The notes beneath the pieces were generated by a model. That model had not been told where the DNA came from and made no database searches. It saw only the letters and a list, made by a program, of their open reading frames with translations. DNA of 64,000 nt from Eledone cirrhosa. Lineage: Eukaryota. How positions within the stretch are numbered: position 1 is the stretch's first letter; every line of letters starts with the position of its first letter. Made by a program: the position numbers and the translations under genes. Location of the stretch: the NCBI GenBank assembly GCA_964016885.1, contig OZ024742.1, positions 53,320,001 through 53,384,000 on the forward strand, written 5' to 3'. Shown here one piece after another: positions 38,033 through 50,873 of this stretch.

Positions 38033-39336
38033 GGTGTGGACGATATTTGTTCGCAATTTTCAACTGCTAATTTTATGCAAATTTTTTTTACTTCTGTTGT
38101 CACTCTTGTCTTCCTAAAAACAGTGACTATATTTCCATTATTTATTTTCAGAATAATTGATTATGAATAATTTTGAACCTTCAAATTTGTGGAAGAGACA
38201 CAGAGTTCTTCTTGGAATCCACACCGGGAGGACAAATAAGGAAATTTCAGACTTTCTCAGCGTCAGCAGGAGAATGGTGGAAAAGGTCAGAAAGGAATTG
38301 GAAGATTCAGGATTCGACTACGAAGCAACATCAGAGAGGAAAACACATGATCGACGATCTGACGCCTTCAGAATGCCCGAGTTCGTCGCTGAAGTTCAGG
38401 ATATCATCAACAATGAACCTAGCAAGTCGATGCGTGCCATTGCAAGGGAGAAAGGTGTGGATGAAAAGCTCATTAGGCTGGTGGTACATGAAGACATTCG
38501 CTACGTTTCATACAAGATGAGGAAAGGACAATTTCTGTCAAAGGCGATGCAAGAAAAGCGACTGAAGCACGCAAAGAAGCTGATCAACAAGTTGAAACAC
38601 CCACTGGAGCCAGACATGCTGTGGATTTTCTCCGATGAGAAAACCTTCTGCCAAGACCAGAAGATCAACTCCCACAACAACAGGTGGCTCACTGTCTCAT
38701 CCAAAGTCGCGCCCAGAGTCATGCAGACAAAGTTTCCAGTGACAACATTGGTCTTAGGTGTTGTCAGCAGTCAAGGTGACGTCATGCCACCTCACTTTTT
38801 CCCTGAGGGCCTCAAGCTGAACACCGAATGCTATATCCGCATTCTGAGCGAGGTAGTAAAGCCCTGGATCGACCAGGTAGCTGCAGGTAGGCCGTACGTG
38901 TGGCAGCAAGACTCAGCGCCCTACCATACCAGCTGAAAGACCCAAGCCTGGCTGTCAGAGAACTTTGTCGACCACACTTCACCTGACATCTGGCCTCCCA
39001 GCTCGCCTGACTGCAACCCCCTCGACTTCTTTGTGTGGAGTGCAGTTGAACGTGACACCAACAGATCTAGCTGCAATACGAAAGACGATCTGAAGGCCAG
39101 GATCACAAATGACTTCAGGGGCCTAAGTCAGGGGACAGTGACGAAGGCCTGTAGCCAGTTCTGAGGCCGCCTTGAGGCCGTCATCAAAGCCAATGGCGGG
39201 TTTATCGAGTGAGATCGAAAGAACAAGTCATGAAGACAAACTGACCCAAGTTTGATAAATATATCTTAAAAAATAAAACTACTGTGTTACTTTTTCCTAG
39301 ACAGTAATCTTGCGAACAAATATCATCCGCACCCTG
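38030..39336 (+). mobile_element. Full-length Tc1/mariner DD37D (maT) transposon
   Basis: ~27-bp TIRs, TA flanks, 1307 bp. WIFSDEK, VWQQDSAP, SPDCNPLD with 37 aa between the second and third Asp. Confidence 0.92.
38163..39212 (+). pseudogene. DD37D transposase with two premature TGA stops
   Basis: Stops at 38934-38936 and 39162-39164, both CGA in the 36254 copy. Confidence 0.88.
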
Positions 39337-39415
39337 TATATATATATATGTATATATAAATATATATATATATATATGTATATATAAATATATATATATA
39401 TATATGTATATATAA

Positions 39416-39495
<80 letters not shown>

Positions 39496-39498
<3 letters not shown>

Positions 39499-40567
39499 TA
39501 AATTATTGACACATCGTTTATTTAGTATTCATTTATAATCCAGATAAGAATCTATATTTATATTGATTTTTATTCTATGAATATTCTTAATTGGCTTACT
39601 GTCTGTTCTTACCTATCATTCTTGGTATTTATTCAATTCCGCAAACTGTAGATGTTCGCTTACCTTCTTCTGGAAATTTCCACACATGAGCATTTGGTCG
39701 ATACTGGGATTATTGCTAATATAAACTTAAGATACTTCTTATTTAATCATATATTTAGAAGCATTTGGAATTTTCTAACAACACATACCTACACACACAT
39801 ATATGTATCATCATAATTTAATGTCCATTTTCTCTACTAGCAAGGGTTGGATGTATCTTCACAGACTGCCAGCCTCTGAACTGCTGTGGGGAGTGGGTAG
39901 CGACAGACGATTGACATATTTTTTCATGCTTTACTACTGCATTTTATTGTGGCACCAGCACAACTGATGAGTCCTTCTAGGGCTGGATGCTCTTCCTATC
40001 ACAAACTACTTTATAGAGTATATGCTATGTGTTTATCATATAGATCATATATATATATATATGCTCAGTTGTTAGAGTGTTTGGCTCATGAACATAATTG
40101 TTTCTAGTTTAGGCACAAGGCTAGCAATTTCCCAGTGCATTACTGGTACTTTATTTTATCGACCCCGTAAGGATGAAAGGCAAAGTCAACCTCGGCAGGA
40201 TTTGAACATAATGATGTCAAGAATTTGATTCCATGACTGGGAAGCACATTGTATCTTTGAGCAAGATATTTTATCTTATTTTGCTCCATTCTCTCTCTCA
40301 CATACATATGAGACTCTTAGTTGACAGTTACCACTCACACATACCATCACCCATATCTGCAGATGTCAATCATTCATATCAATATGCAATACATTCTATT
40401 GCTATCCATCATTCTCTCTTCACCATGAGACACATGGCTGACATCTATCACTCTCATTTACCCTACCCCACTTTCTCTCTTCTACCATATAACATTTCTA
40501 TTGCTATCCTATCACTTTACTCAAGTTGTTTTCTATTCAACATCCTACCCATTACCAACAACCATTA
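39496..40567. repeat. Near-identical copy of 29372-30449
   Basis: Direct comparison. This copy continues past catta into tgctgctact with no LTR element. Confidence 0.9.
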
Positions 40568-40686
40568 TGCTGCTACTACTGTCTCTCTCCCTCCCTACCT
40601 ACCATTTGTCCCAATCAAATTCACATTCTTGGCCATATTTGCCTTGAAAGAAGCAGTTCAGGATGTTAAGAGTTAAAGTAGTTTAA

Positions 40687-40891
40687 CCCTTTAGCATTTA
40701 CATTACTCTATATATACTATTGTATTTTCATAGTAAAGGTTTTATCTCATATAATATCAAATCTACAAGATTTTGATATTTATTTTGAGAACAATACCTT
40801 AACATCATTATGAATGACTGGTATTAGCCGGTTTGAACAGAAAGTGGTGAGAGTATTCTGACCGGATATGGCCAGTTTAAAATCTAAAGTG
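40687..40891. mobile_element. piggyBac-like MITE
   Basis: TTAA flanks, homologous to 11047-11267. Confidence 0.75.
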
Positions 40892-41302
40892 TTAATACAA
40901 GCATATGAAAATAAAATATGTTTGATTGTATAATTCATTTGACCACATGGTGAATTGGCACAAAGGTTTGTAAAACTGGATTTTACCATGTAAATATAAT
41001 CAGAATACTGAGATTGACATAATTGACTCTCCCCTCCCCAGAAGGCAGTGGATTGATAGAATCATTTGAGTGTCAAATAAAATGTTTTGCAAGATTTAAT
41101 TATGGCTCTTTATGTTCTGTGTTTAAATTCCACTGAGGTCAGCCTTGCCTTTCATCCTCTCAGGGTCAATAAAATAAAGTACTAGTCATGTACTGGGGTC
41201 AATGTAATCGATTACTCCCTTCCCACAAATTGCTGACCTTGTGCCTAAATTAGAAATCAATATTATTTATTTGCTTATTTATTGTTTATTTATTGTTTTC
41301 AG

Positions 41303-41411
41303 GTTTCCACATTGATGGCTGCTTGAGTAGACGCATGAGAATATGGAAGGACATCTGTGTAATAAATATAAATATAAACTTTGATGGAACTCTCAAATCA
41401 GATATATAGAA
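41303..41411 (+). other. Putative 5'UTR exon of host gene
   Basis: ttattgttttcag| acceptor and |gtaagt donor flank a non-repetitive 109-bp block. Confidence 0.4.
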
Positions 41412-41914
41412 GTAAGTTTTAATTTTTTGTTTGTTAGTCATTTACTATAAGTACCTTGCTTGCTGGTTCTGGTTAGTTTGTTAGTTCTGAGAAACAGATG
41501 CCAATATAGTAGCAGTATTAAAGGCAAAGAGAAGACAAAGCAGACCTATGAGCCAGTGATTGTGATATATTGGTGAATGAGTCTTTGGTAGTTGACTAAA
41601 TTGAGTTCTTCTGAATGAGATCTCAGATATTTTTTATGTGCAAGCAGCATCAGTATTCCCACATACTCTCAGATCATAAATAATAGGAGGAGGGGTTGGA
41701 AAATCGATAATTTATTTGGGTTCTCTCCTTTATTTAAAAAAAAAACACAATTAGTCGTTTAGTTTACATACTGAGACCCCAACCCATCCTATTCATTGTC
41801 AGGTATACATTTTTTTAATATCTAAAGAAAATTAATTGTTGTAGAAATACTACTATTTAAAATAAAATTATTTAATAAGTAGGGGGGAGGGCATTCAACA
41901 CATGAGAGTATGTG

Positions 41915-42708
41915 ACCAATACTTCAATGTTTTCCTAATTTGGACATTGTAGAGGATTAACCACTGACCAAAGTCAATATGTTTTTACATCTTAAAGTTT
42001 CCTTTGGGATGTTGTATTGGTAATGTGATATATATATATATATATATACAAATGAATATATGATAGGGATAAACACTGATACAAGTATACATGTGTTCGC
42101 ATTGCAAATGACCAAGTTAGCTAGATTGAAAAATACTAATTAAAATAATACGGTTTGCCTGTCTCGATTTAAAATAATAAATCAATAAAAACAAACCTAT
42201 ATTGGCTGCTATTTTTAGTGGCACAAGTATGGGACGTGCTAGACACTGTGACACATGTGCTTTCAAAACATTTCTCTCAATCTTCTTAAGTATTTTGAAG
42301 TGAAACTTACCAATACTTCAATGTTTTCCTAATTTGGACATTGTAGAGGATTAACCACTGACCAAAGTCAATATGTTTTTACATCTTAAAGTTTCCTTTG
42401 GGATGTTGTATTGGTAATGTGATATATATATATATATATATACAAATGAATATATGATAGGGATAAACACTGATACAAGTATACATGTGTTCGCATTGCA
42501 AATGACCAAGTTAGCTAGATTGAAAAATACTAATTAAAATAATACGGTTTGCCTGTCTCGATTTAAAATAATAAATCAATAAAAACAAACCTATATTGGC
42601 TGCTATTTTTAGTGGCACAAGTATGGGACGTGCTAGACACTGTGACACATGTGCTTTCAAAACATTTCTCTCAATTTTCTTAAGTATTTTGAAGTGAAAC
42701 TTACCAAT
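41915..42708. repeat. 394-bp tandem duplication
   Basis: 41915-42308 = 42309-42702, with accaat microhomology at the junctions. Confidence 0.9.
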
Positions 42709-43023
42709 TTCTGGATACCTGCAGAAGAGCACAGGAATAGGAAATTTCACTTAATTGTTGCAAAACAAATTTAAAATTTGTCCAGGTATCACGGCTATTG
42801 CCAATATAGTTTTTATTGATTTATTATTTTAAATCGAGACAGGCAAACCGTATTATTTTAATTAGTATTTTTCAACCTAGCTAACTTGGTCATTTGCAAT
42901 GCGAACACATGTATACTTATATCAGTGTTTATCCCTATCATATATTCATTTGTATTACACGGCTCAGAAATATTCCTTTCTTTGAGCTATTTAATTGTAA
43001 AAGACTATTTGAGTTTATAACTC

Positions 43024-43028
<5 letters not shown>
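42441..43028 (+). mobile_element. Fold-back hammerhead element (~157-bp arms + 75-bp tail) in (TA)n
   Basis: 42441-42600 inverted versus ~42800-42954. Degenerate hammerhead at 42714-42790 in the spacer. Confidence 0.75.
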
Positions 43029-43055
<27 letters not shown>

Positions 43056-43753
43056 TGAAATCAACAGTTATAAGGTCAAAAAAGCAAGCATGATGATGAA
43101 AAATGGTAAAGTTGCAGTACTGTCAGAGATAGTTGGTGTGATGCTGAAAGCATCTGGAGAAGTAGAAGCTGAACAAGTAACCTGCATAGTCAATCAGGTG
43201 ACACAGAACGGAGTCATATCCAATGACTGGTACAGTACTATTGCTGAAATTCAGAGATGATGATGAAGGAATTCAATGAAGGAAGAGATGATGCATTGAA
43301 AGGACCCGACCAACCCATTCAAGCCTGGAAAAGCAGAAGAAAAAACTATGATGATGATATATAATGATGTTAGCTTGAGAAATTATGCACAAATAGCTTC
43401 TACTGGAAATCAAAACTAAATTCACATAATTTACATAACATCATCTCTCATAATTTACTCAACTTAATCTATCATAATTTACATAATATCCTCTATCATA
43501 ATTTACATATCATGTATCATAATTTACATAACATCAGCTGTATATTAAAGCTAGTACATCTGTGGTGTAAAGAGTATATCACACTATGAAAAGGCGATGA
43601 TAAAAGCATGTGCCTGCCAGTGCATGTGTGATGAATTAGCTAGCTTATGTGAAAACAAAGTCCCACATTGTATTGAAATATTCAAGTGTGTTCTGCCTGT
43701 TTGTTTTATTCATCAGTTTACTACTATCCTGATGGCTGGGGCCATACCAAGCC

Positions 43754-44067
43754 ATGAAAATGCAAGATCTCCACGTGGTAGGACGCAACTCTGATATTCC
43801 AACCCATCACCATCAGTACCGCAACCGAGAACTCCTGGAAGCCGTTCTGCAGAAGAAGGACGGGGAACCAAACAAAAGTGAGACAGGTTCACGTATCTCA
43901 GCTCTCATCAGCCGCCAAAATGGCAACTTAAGCCGTCCGTCAAGCTTCTCTCGTCGAAGCATCAACCTGTCCCGCCAAAGTCTTACGGAAACACAGTCAC
44001 ATGACTCGGAGAGTGACCTGTTCAATGAAGAACGATGTTATTCTGGGACCGAAAAAAGCATATTCAG
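43754..44067 (+). CDS. Probable first coding exon of an unidentified host gene (Ser/Arg-rich N-terminus)
   Basis: Acceptor ttttattcatcag|43717, gccATGa start, GC-richer open frame MKMQDLHVV...SGTEKSIF, donor cag|gtaaat at 44067/44068. Confidence 0.65.
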
Positions 44068-45099
44068 GTAAATCCAAGATTTGATTTTATAATTTATGTT
44101 GTCAAATTTGGGTGGGAAGAAATTCTTTATCAATTTTGAAAATATTAAAAAAAAAAATCTGAAATTGAATTCTTACTAAGGCACAAGGCTACAAATTTAA
44201 AGTGGTGATGGGAATGGGTTGTGTGATACGCATACCTTTCTGAAGTTGTATAAATCGCTTCAACCTAAAACCAAAGCAGCTAGCAGACTTGGTGTTCCAA
44301 ATACTTTTTTTTTCTCTCCAAAGAAATCCCAAATTTATTTTTGTTAAATATATTTTTTCATCAATACAATACATACAATTTAATATCCTTATCTTAATTT
44401 TTTGTGCAAGAGTATTTTAGCTACTGTATTCTCCCTCTGATTAAGCCTCTTTCTTAAGTAGTTATCAATAGTAAGAGTATATTGCTATAAAAATAATTTG
44501 TTCCTCCAGTGCAAATATACAAATTTACACAAACCATCCCAACCATGATAACATGGAAAAGAGAACGCCAGAAAAAAATAAATAAAAAATTAAAGAATAA
44601 TAATGATATACCCATCATATTCTGGGTGCCATATGTATCAGAATTCCCAAATCTCAAATTCTAGGGCAATGATTCGTGTTTCCAGAATAATCATAATTGA
44701 ATGAAACCTGGGCACTTATCCAGAGTTATAGACTTCCTGTCCACTGTGTTGAGAAGGGAGGTGGGATGGAGCATAAGGCCAGTAACCCTACTTCCATTAA
44801 TCATAATTGCTATAGAAATGAACAGATACCTAGCCTAGAAGCAGGCCTGTAACAAGTCTTGTAACTGTATGGAATGGAGATCTCCATAGAGAGCAAAAGG
44901 AACTAAAGATCTTATTAAAAAAGACAAATCCTTGTGTGTGATTGTTTTTCTTCTTCTTTCTTATTCTGTTTGACACACTCCAGTGTTTTTCTAGAAGGGT
45001 TGTCAATAATATTCATTTCATAACAATACCAGAACAGAATGTATGCAAGAGAGAGTAGGAATACTAGAATTCATATCATTGAGTTTAAAGTCAATCTCT

Positions 45100-45300
45100 A
45101 TGATAACTTTTATGTGGGTAGCTAGATTTGACTGTTAGGGTTAGGATTAGGGATAGGGTTAGGGTTTGGGTAACTTTTATGTAGGGCTACCAGATTTGAT
45201 AGTTAGGGTTAGGGTTAAAGGATTGAATTTGGATTAGATCTAGTGTTAGGGATAGGGAAAGGGTTAGGTTAGGGTAACTTTTATGCTGGGTTGCCAGATT
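45100..45300. repeat. Interstitial TTAGGG-containing tandem array
   Basis: 3 units taacttttatg..gctaccagattt interleaved with ttaggg runs. Confidence 0.75.
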
Positions 45301-46663
45301 TAACTGGAATGGACCTCTGCACAGTCTGCTCTTGAAATTAACATTTAAGTGACTGAACATTCCACAGATATGTGTACCCTTAATGTAATTCTCAAAGAGT
45401 TTCAGCATGGCACAGTGTGTAACTAGGCTGGTTCTTTGAATTATAAGTATAGTACATCTGATGGGCTTCCAAACAGGTTCCATCTACTCAATTTCACTCT
45501 CAAGACATGGGTCAACCCAATAATTTATTAAATGTTACTTGTCCAAGATGCCAGACTGGGATCGAACCCAGGATCTAATACTTGTGAAACAAACACTTTA
45601 ACTATTTTTCCATGCTTCATCAATAAGTAGATTGAGTTATAAGTGCCAGGTTACATTATTTTTCAACACTGTACATCACCGTCATCATCATCATCATCAT
45701 TGACATTTAATGTCACTTTCCATGCATGGGTTAGACTCTCATATTACATGGCTAGACAGGTCAGATGACCACACCTTGCTTGTACACTCTATTTTTGGCA
45801 TGGTTATTACAGCCCTTCCTAATGGCAACTACATTACAGCATGGCCTTGGTGCTTTTATTGTGGCATCAGCACTACCATCTGACAGAAGGGACTGGGTGA
45901 TTTTTATTGTGGCACTAGCACTACCCCCTTATTGAATGGATTGTGTGCTTTTTATCATGGTACTAGCACTATGACCTTACAAAGTGGACAGGGTGCTTTT
46001 TATTGTGGCACCAGCAGTACCACCTCATAGAATAGGCTTTTCTTCATTTGAGCTACTTACTATTTAAAAATTTTTGTTTTTACAAGTAAAAATCCTCTTG
46101 AATATTAAATTAATCTTTTTGTAAATATGATATTCAATAGGATATAAAACTACCCATTTTCAAATATTCTTGTTTAATTTAATATCTTCCAACATAATTT
46201 GATACCGCTTTTTAGTTATCTTACAAATATCATCTTAATTAATATTCTGAGTAAATTTGTCATTAATTAATTGAAATACTGCATATTTCATTAGTAATAA
46301 TTGTTTCTACTTTAGGCACAAGGCCAGCAATTACCCAGTGCATTACTGGTACTTTATTTAGTAATAATATGATAATTTTAGTGTCCAGTGGTCTTTAGAA
46401 TAGATAGACCATATCCCTGCTAGTTGTATGAGGCAACTAAAAGGTAAGTCATTCAGTTGTGAAACGTGGTTTCAAAACATCTCATCCAACCCATGCCAGC
46501 ATGGAAAAGTAGAAGTAAAAATAATGTTGATGATGATGATGATGATGTCTGCAACCTGGTCACAGTTGCAGTTGAACTGTCAGTGACCAGGTTACAGACA
46601 GTGCAGCAAATATTTTGACACAAGGAAATAACAATTCACACAAAATAAAGTTTTTGTGTTTTT

Positions 46664-46925
46664 AAATGACTCTTCCACAATGTAATTACTTTAGTTTCAA
46701 CACAGTCTCAGATCAAGTCACTTGCCAGACATGTACAACTGTGGCTAAAATGACTCTTCCACAATGTAATTGCTTTAGTTTCAACACAGTCTCAGATCAA
46801 GTCACTTACCAGATACTTACCAGATATGTACAACTGTGGCTAAAATAACTCTTCCTCAATTTAATTGCTTTAGTTTCAACTTACAGAGTCTCAGATCAGA
46901 TTATTTGCCAGACAAGTACAACTCT
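46664..46925. repeat. ~84-95-bp tandem repeat, 3 copies
   Basis: aaatgactcttccacaatgtaatt..ttcaacacagtctcagatcaagtcactt..gtacaactgtggct repeated. Confidence 0.8.
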
Positions 46926-48657
46926 GAAATTAATAGTTATTCTTTAGAAAAATTGTGACAACATACATAACATAATGAAATTACTTTGTCGAAAGGAACA
47001 ACAAGATATCTGCAATGAAGTGGAGTATTTACTCATGATCTATAGGACGACTGGTCAATATTTCAACTCCTTGAATAATTTTAGATTTTTTCCCTCACAT
47101 AAGCTGTCTTATCTCTCTGACTCTGTCTCTCCTCACTCCGCTTCTCTCTCTATCTCTGCCTGTTCTATTTCTGCTAATATGACTTCTGGCTCTTGCACCT
47201 TTCCCAACATGCTAGCTGTATACCAATTCCACTCAGATCTATCACATTTCTCCTTCTTTCATCACTTCTACCATGTCTCGCTTAGAACCACAGATTCCAC
47301 ACTCATCACTTCTCCAATCTTTTTTCCATGGAATTTTATCCACCCTGCGGATTTCTTCCCCACCTCCACTTTTTAGACATTAACATACAAATGATCAAAC
47401 TAAACACCAACTGTAACAATATCACCCACCAGTCACAAAGCACCTGTGAAGGTAAAACTCATAGCCACTGCCTCTCTTCTTCTCATTAAATCATAAAACA
47501 AAATCCAGGCTTAAGGTTCTCTTTCAGTTCAACATAATCCTGTGTTTGATCGTGGCAAGGTCATATGTTAGTTTAATGATTTCAAATTTATACACATATC
47601 TCACAGATCATCCTGAATTTACCCACTAACTCAGTCTAGCAGTATATCTTTACCATCTCCTCAGTAATACAGCAGAGCTGGGAATTTCATCTTTGTTGTT
47701 CATTTGTTGTTTAGAATCAGTTGCTTTTTCTATTGTGAATTAAACTGTGAATTAATTTGTCCAATACCCAAAACATTTCAAGTCTGTTGATCTATTTGAA
47801 GTATTAATAATGAAATATATGTAAAATCCTATTTTTACAATCACACCATTATTTGTCAGATTCTCTCTCTCTCTCTCTCCATCACTTTCCTAACATACCT
47901 CTCTCACACTTGCTCTCTCTCTTTCTCTCAATCTATCTTTATCTCTATCTCTCTCTATCTCTATCTCTCAATTCTCCTTCCTTCACTCTTATTTAACATA
48001 CATATCTCTCTCTCCCTCCTGCTCTTGCCCTCCATCCCTCTCATTCTCTTTCTCCTCCCTTTCCTCTCACTCTCTGTCTCTCTCCTTCTCACTCTTTCTC
48101 TCATTTTCTCTGATATTTTTGCACTATTTAGTTTTCAGTTCAAGTTCCAACTAAGATAGCTACTAAGCTCTTTATTTGACATCAATTGATAAAATAAGCA
48201 ACAAGTAATAATGTATACCAAGGTATAGGAGAGGAGAATTAAATTCTGTATATTCTTCTCTGACAAAAATAGGGCCAATGTTTAGTTGAAATAAAATATT
48301 CATTGCACTTTGTTATGTATAAGGTGAGAAATTTAATATGAAAATTGGTAGGATTTAATATTACATGTATATACTTGTAACTCCTGAACACACCTGATTT
48401 CTTTCTGAGAAGTAGAGAAAGAGAGACAGAGTATGATAGGAAATAAGTAAGAAAGAGATATAGAAGAAGACTCAAGCCCTGTACTGGACTGGTACTTTTT
48501 TTTATTGACCTTGAAAGGCAAAGCTAACCTCAGCCGGGTTTAAATGCAGAGAGTTGGAATAAATACTACAAAGCATTTAATCTGACATTCTAATGATTCT
48601 GACAATTCACTGTTAGTTAATATACTTGAGTGTAAAAAACTAAGATACTTCCCTTAA

Positions 48658-48861
48658 CCCTTTAACATTTACATTACTCTATATATATTATTATATTTTT
48701 GTGGGAAAGGCTTAATCTGACAAATATCTCACATCATATTGAATCTATGATATTTTGAGAAAAATACTTTAACAGCAGTATAAGCGGCCAGTTACAGCCA
48801 GTTTGAACAGAAAGAGGTGAGAGAATTCTGGCCGGATATGGCCAGTTTAAATGTTAAAGAG
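48658..48861. mobile_element. piggyBac-like MITE
   Basis: TTAA|ccctttaacattt...aaatgttaaagag|TTAA. Confidence 0.75.
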
Positions 48862-49804
48862 TTAAGTATATAGTACTAAGTTGAATATTGGTCTTACTTG
48901 TATTAAATAGTAACAGATTCTCCATATGTATTAAGCAGTGGTATTGATAAATATTGGTTGCCAGATGGATTTGTTCATTTGTGGTAGAAGTGATGAAGTG
49001 TGAAGATGATAAGTGAGTAACTTGTTGGTCGAATATTGGCAAGTGAATAAGTGAAGTATGTTTTAGTGAGTTAAGAGGAATTTTGCCTTGTTTGAGGAAA
49101 CAAGTAGTTGTACTCAATTGTGGTGTTAAGTGATATTACCATGGGGAAGATGATTTTCCTGAATCACATGGATAAGAATTTACAAATAAACAAGACATTG
49201 CTAATTTAAATGTCTTTATGTATAATATGATTTACTTTGAAATTATGTGCAGCAAGAACAAGAGAAATAATAGATGCAGTATGTTATGTGTGCACATATA
49301 GAAAACCATTGGTAATATTTACTAACCTGTGTTGATAGTAATCTCAGCCAGTGTAGATCCAAGCAGGGCTGGCTAGCAAGTACGTCTGTGTGTGGCTACA
49401 TTGCTAGGCTGACTAAATAAACTATCTGATGTAAAGTCAGGAAGCAGACTGTATTTTGCAGAGTAAAAAATCAGATTATCGTTGGGGTTCAAAGTCTCTT
49501 GTATATATAATATTTAGGTTGCGCAGAAACATTAAACAGATGGCCATTTCAACTGTCCTCGTTTTGGTTCCTCTGGCACTGAAAGACCCCTTCAAGTCAA
49601 TATTATCTAGGATTTGGGCTCTGAGGTCATAGGTTAGTCTTTTGGTGGTCGTGTGTGGCAGACTAAGAAAACCATTGTAGGGAAAAACATGTTGAGGTTT
49701 CACTACACACACACACATATATAAATGAACACATATATAAATGAACACAAGTAGAAATACTACTACTACACACTGGAGTAGCTTATATATAAATATATAT
49801 ATCA

Positions 49805-50435
49805 AAAGTATATATTGAGTTAGAAACTCAGAATAGTCTTTTACAATTAAAATAGCTCAAGGAAAAAATTATCCGAGCCGTATAATATAATTAAATATAA
49901 TAAAGAGAGATAAACACAGATATATTTGTTCAAATCATAAGGGACCAAAGTCGCTAGGGTGAATAGGGCGACTTTGATTCCTGAAGGTAACAGTACGCAT
50001 CCTTGACAGAGTCCAACTCCCACATTGAACAGTTTAAATTTAGCACCATTTATCTGAACTCAAATACTCGGGCATTCATATAGAGACATCAGGGCAGCAA
50101 GAAGCTCACCATCGATCCCAATATTTGGTTGGCTGTGCTACATCCGGGGCGAAAACTACTAAGTCTGTCTGTGCGTGGTTCTGATGAATGCCAACCAGCG
50201 TGAAACAGGCTGTCAACCTCTCTCTCTCTTTTGCCAAAAATAAGTAAGTGACATAATCACTACTTTAAAACTGATAGCGTATGGTCTTATAAATGTTTTC
50301 AATAAAAAATATGGTATATTGCCAAATATACTAAACATACATTCATGTATACATCGCTATTTCAGAGCACCAATCCTAATTCCACATATATGTATATATC
50401 TGTGCTTATCTCTCTTTATTATATTAAATTATATA
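49805..50435. mobile_element. Fold-back hammerhead element (short ~41-bp arms, tail shared with the 42441 element)
   Basis: 49885-49925 inverted versus ~50395-50434. Tail 49812-49885 is the reverse complement of ~42954-43028. Confidence 0.7.
50177..50218 (+). ncRNA. Minimal type I hammerhead ribozyme
   Basis: ggtt-CTGATGA-atgc caacca gcgt-GAA-ACAG G CTGT-C-aacc, with GUC cleavage triplet. Confidence 0.82.
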
Positions 50436-50459
50436 TATATATATATATATGGCTTAGCA

Positions 50460-50873
50460 TGAGGGCACATGGCTTAGTGGTTAGAGCATTGGGCTTGCAA
50501 TCGAAAGGTTGTGAGTTCAATTCTCGAACCGGGTGATGTGTTGTTTCCTTGAGCAAGAGACTTTATTTCATATTGCTCCAGTTTGCTAAGTGGTCGTGGA
50601 GGTGCCATGGAAAAAAAAGCCACAGCAAAAAAAGCACCCAGCCCACACTGTAAAGTGGACGTGTAGGCGCCATGGAAAAAAAAGCACCCAGCACTCACTG
50701 TAAATGAGGTTGGTGTTAGGAAGGGCATCCAGCTGTATAAATCATGCCAGAATCAGTTCCAGTATGAGCAAGACAAGGTCAGCCGACTGGACACTGCCCA
50801 CAACAGGACAACCCGTCTAACCCATGCTAGCGTGGAAGAACAGACATAAAACGGTGATGATGATGATGATGAT
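50460..50873 (+). mobile_element. Full-length CORE-like SINE with RTE tail
   Basis: Same head, core and tail as 28655-29006. Confidence 0.85.
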
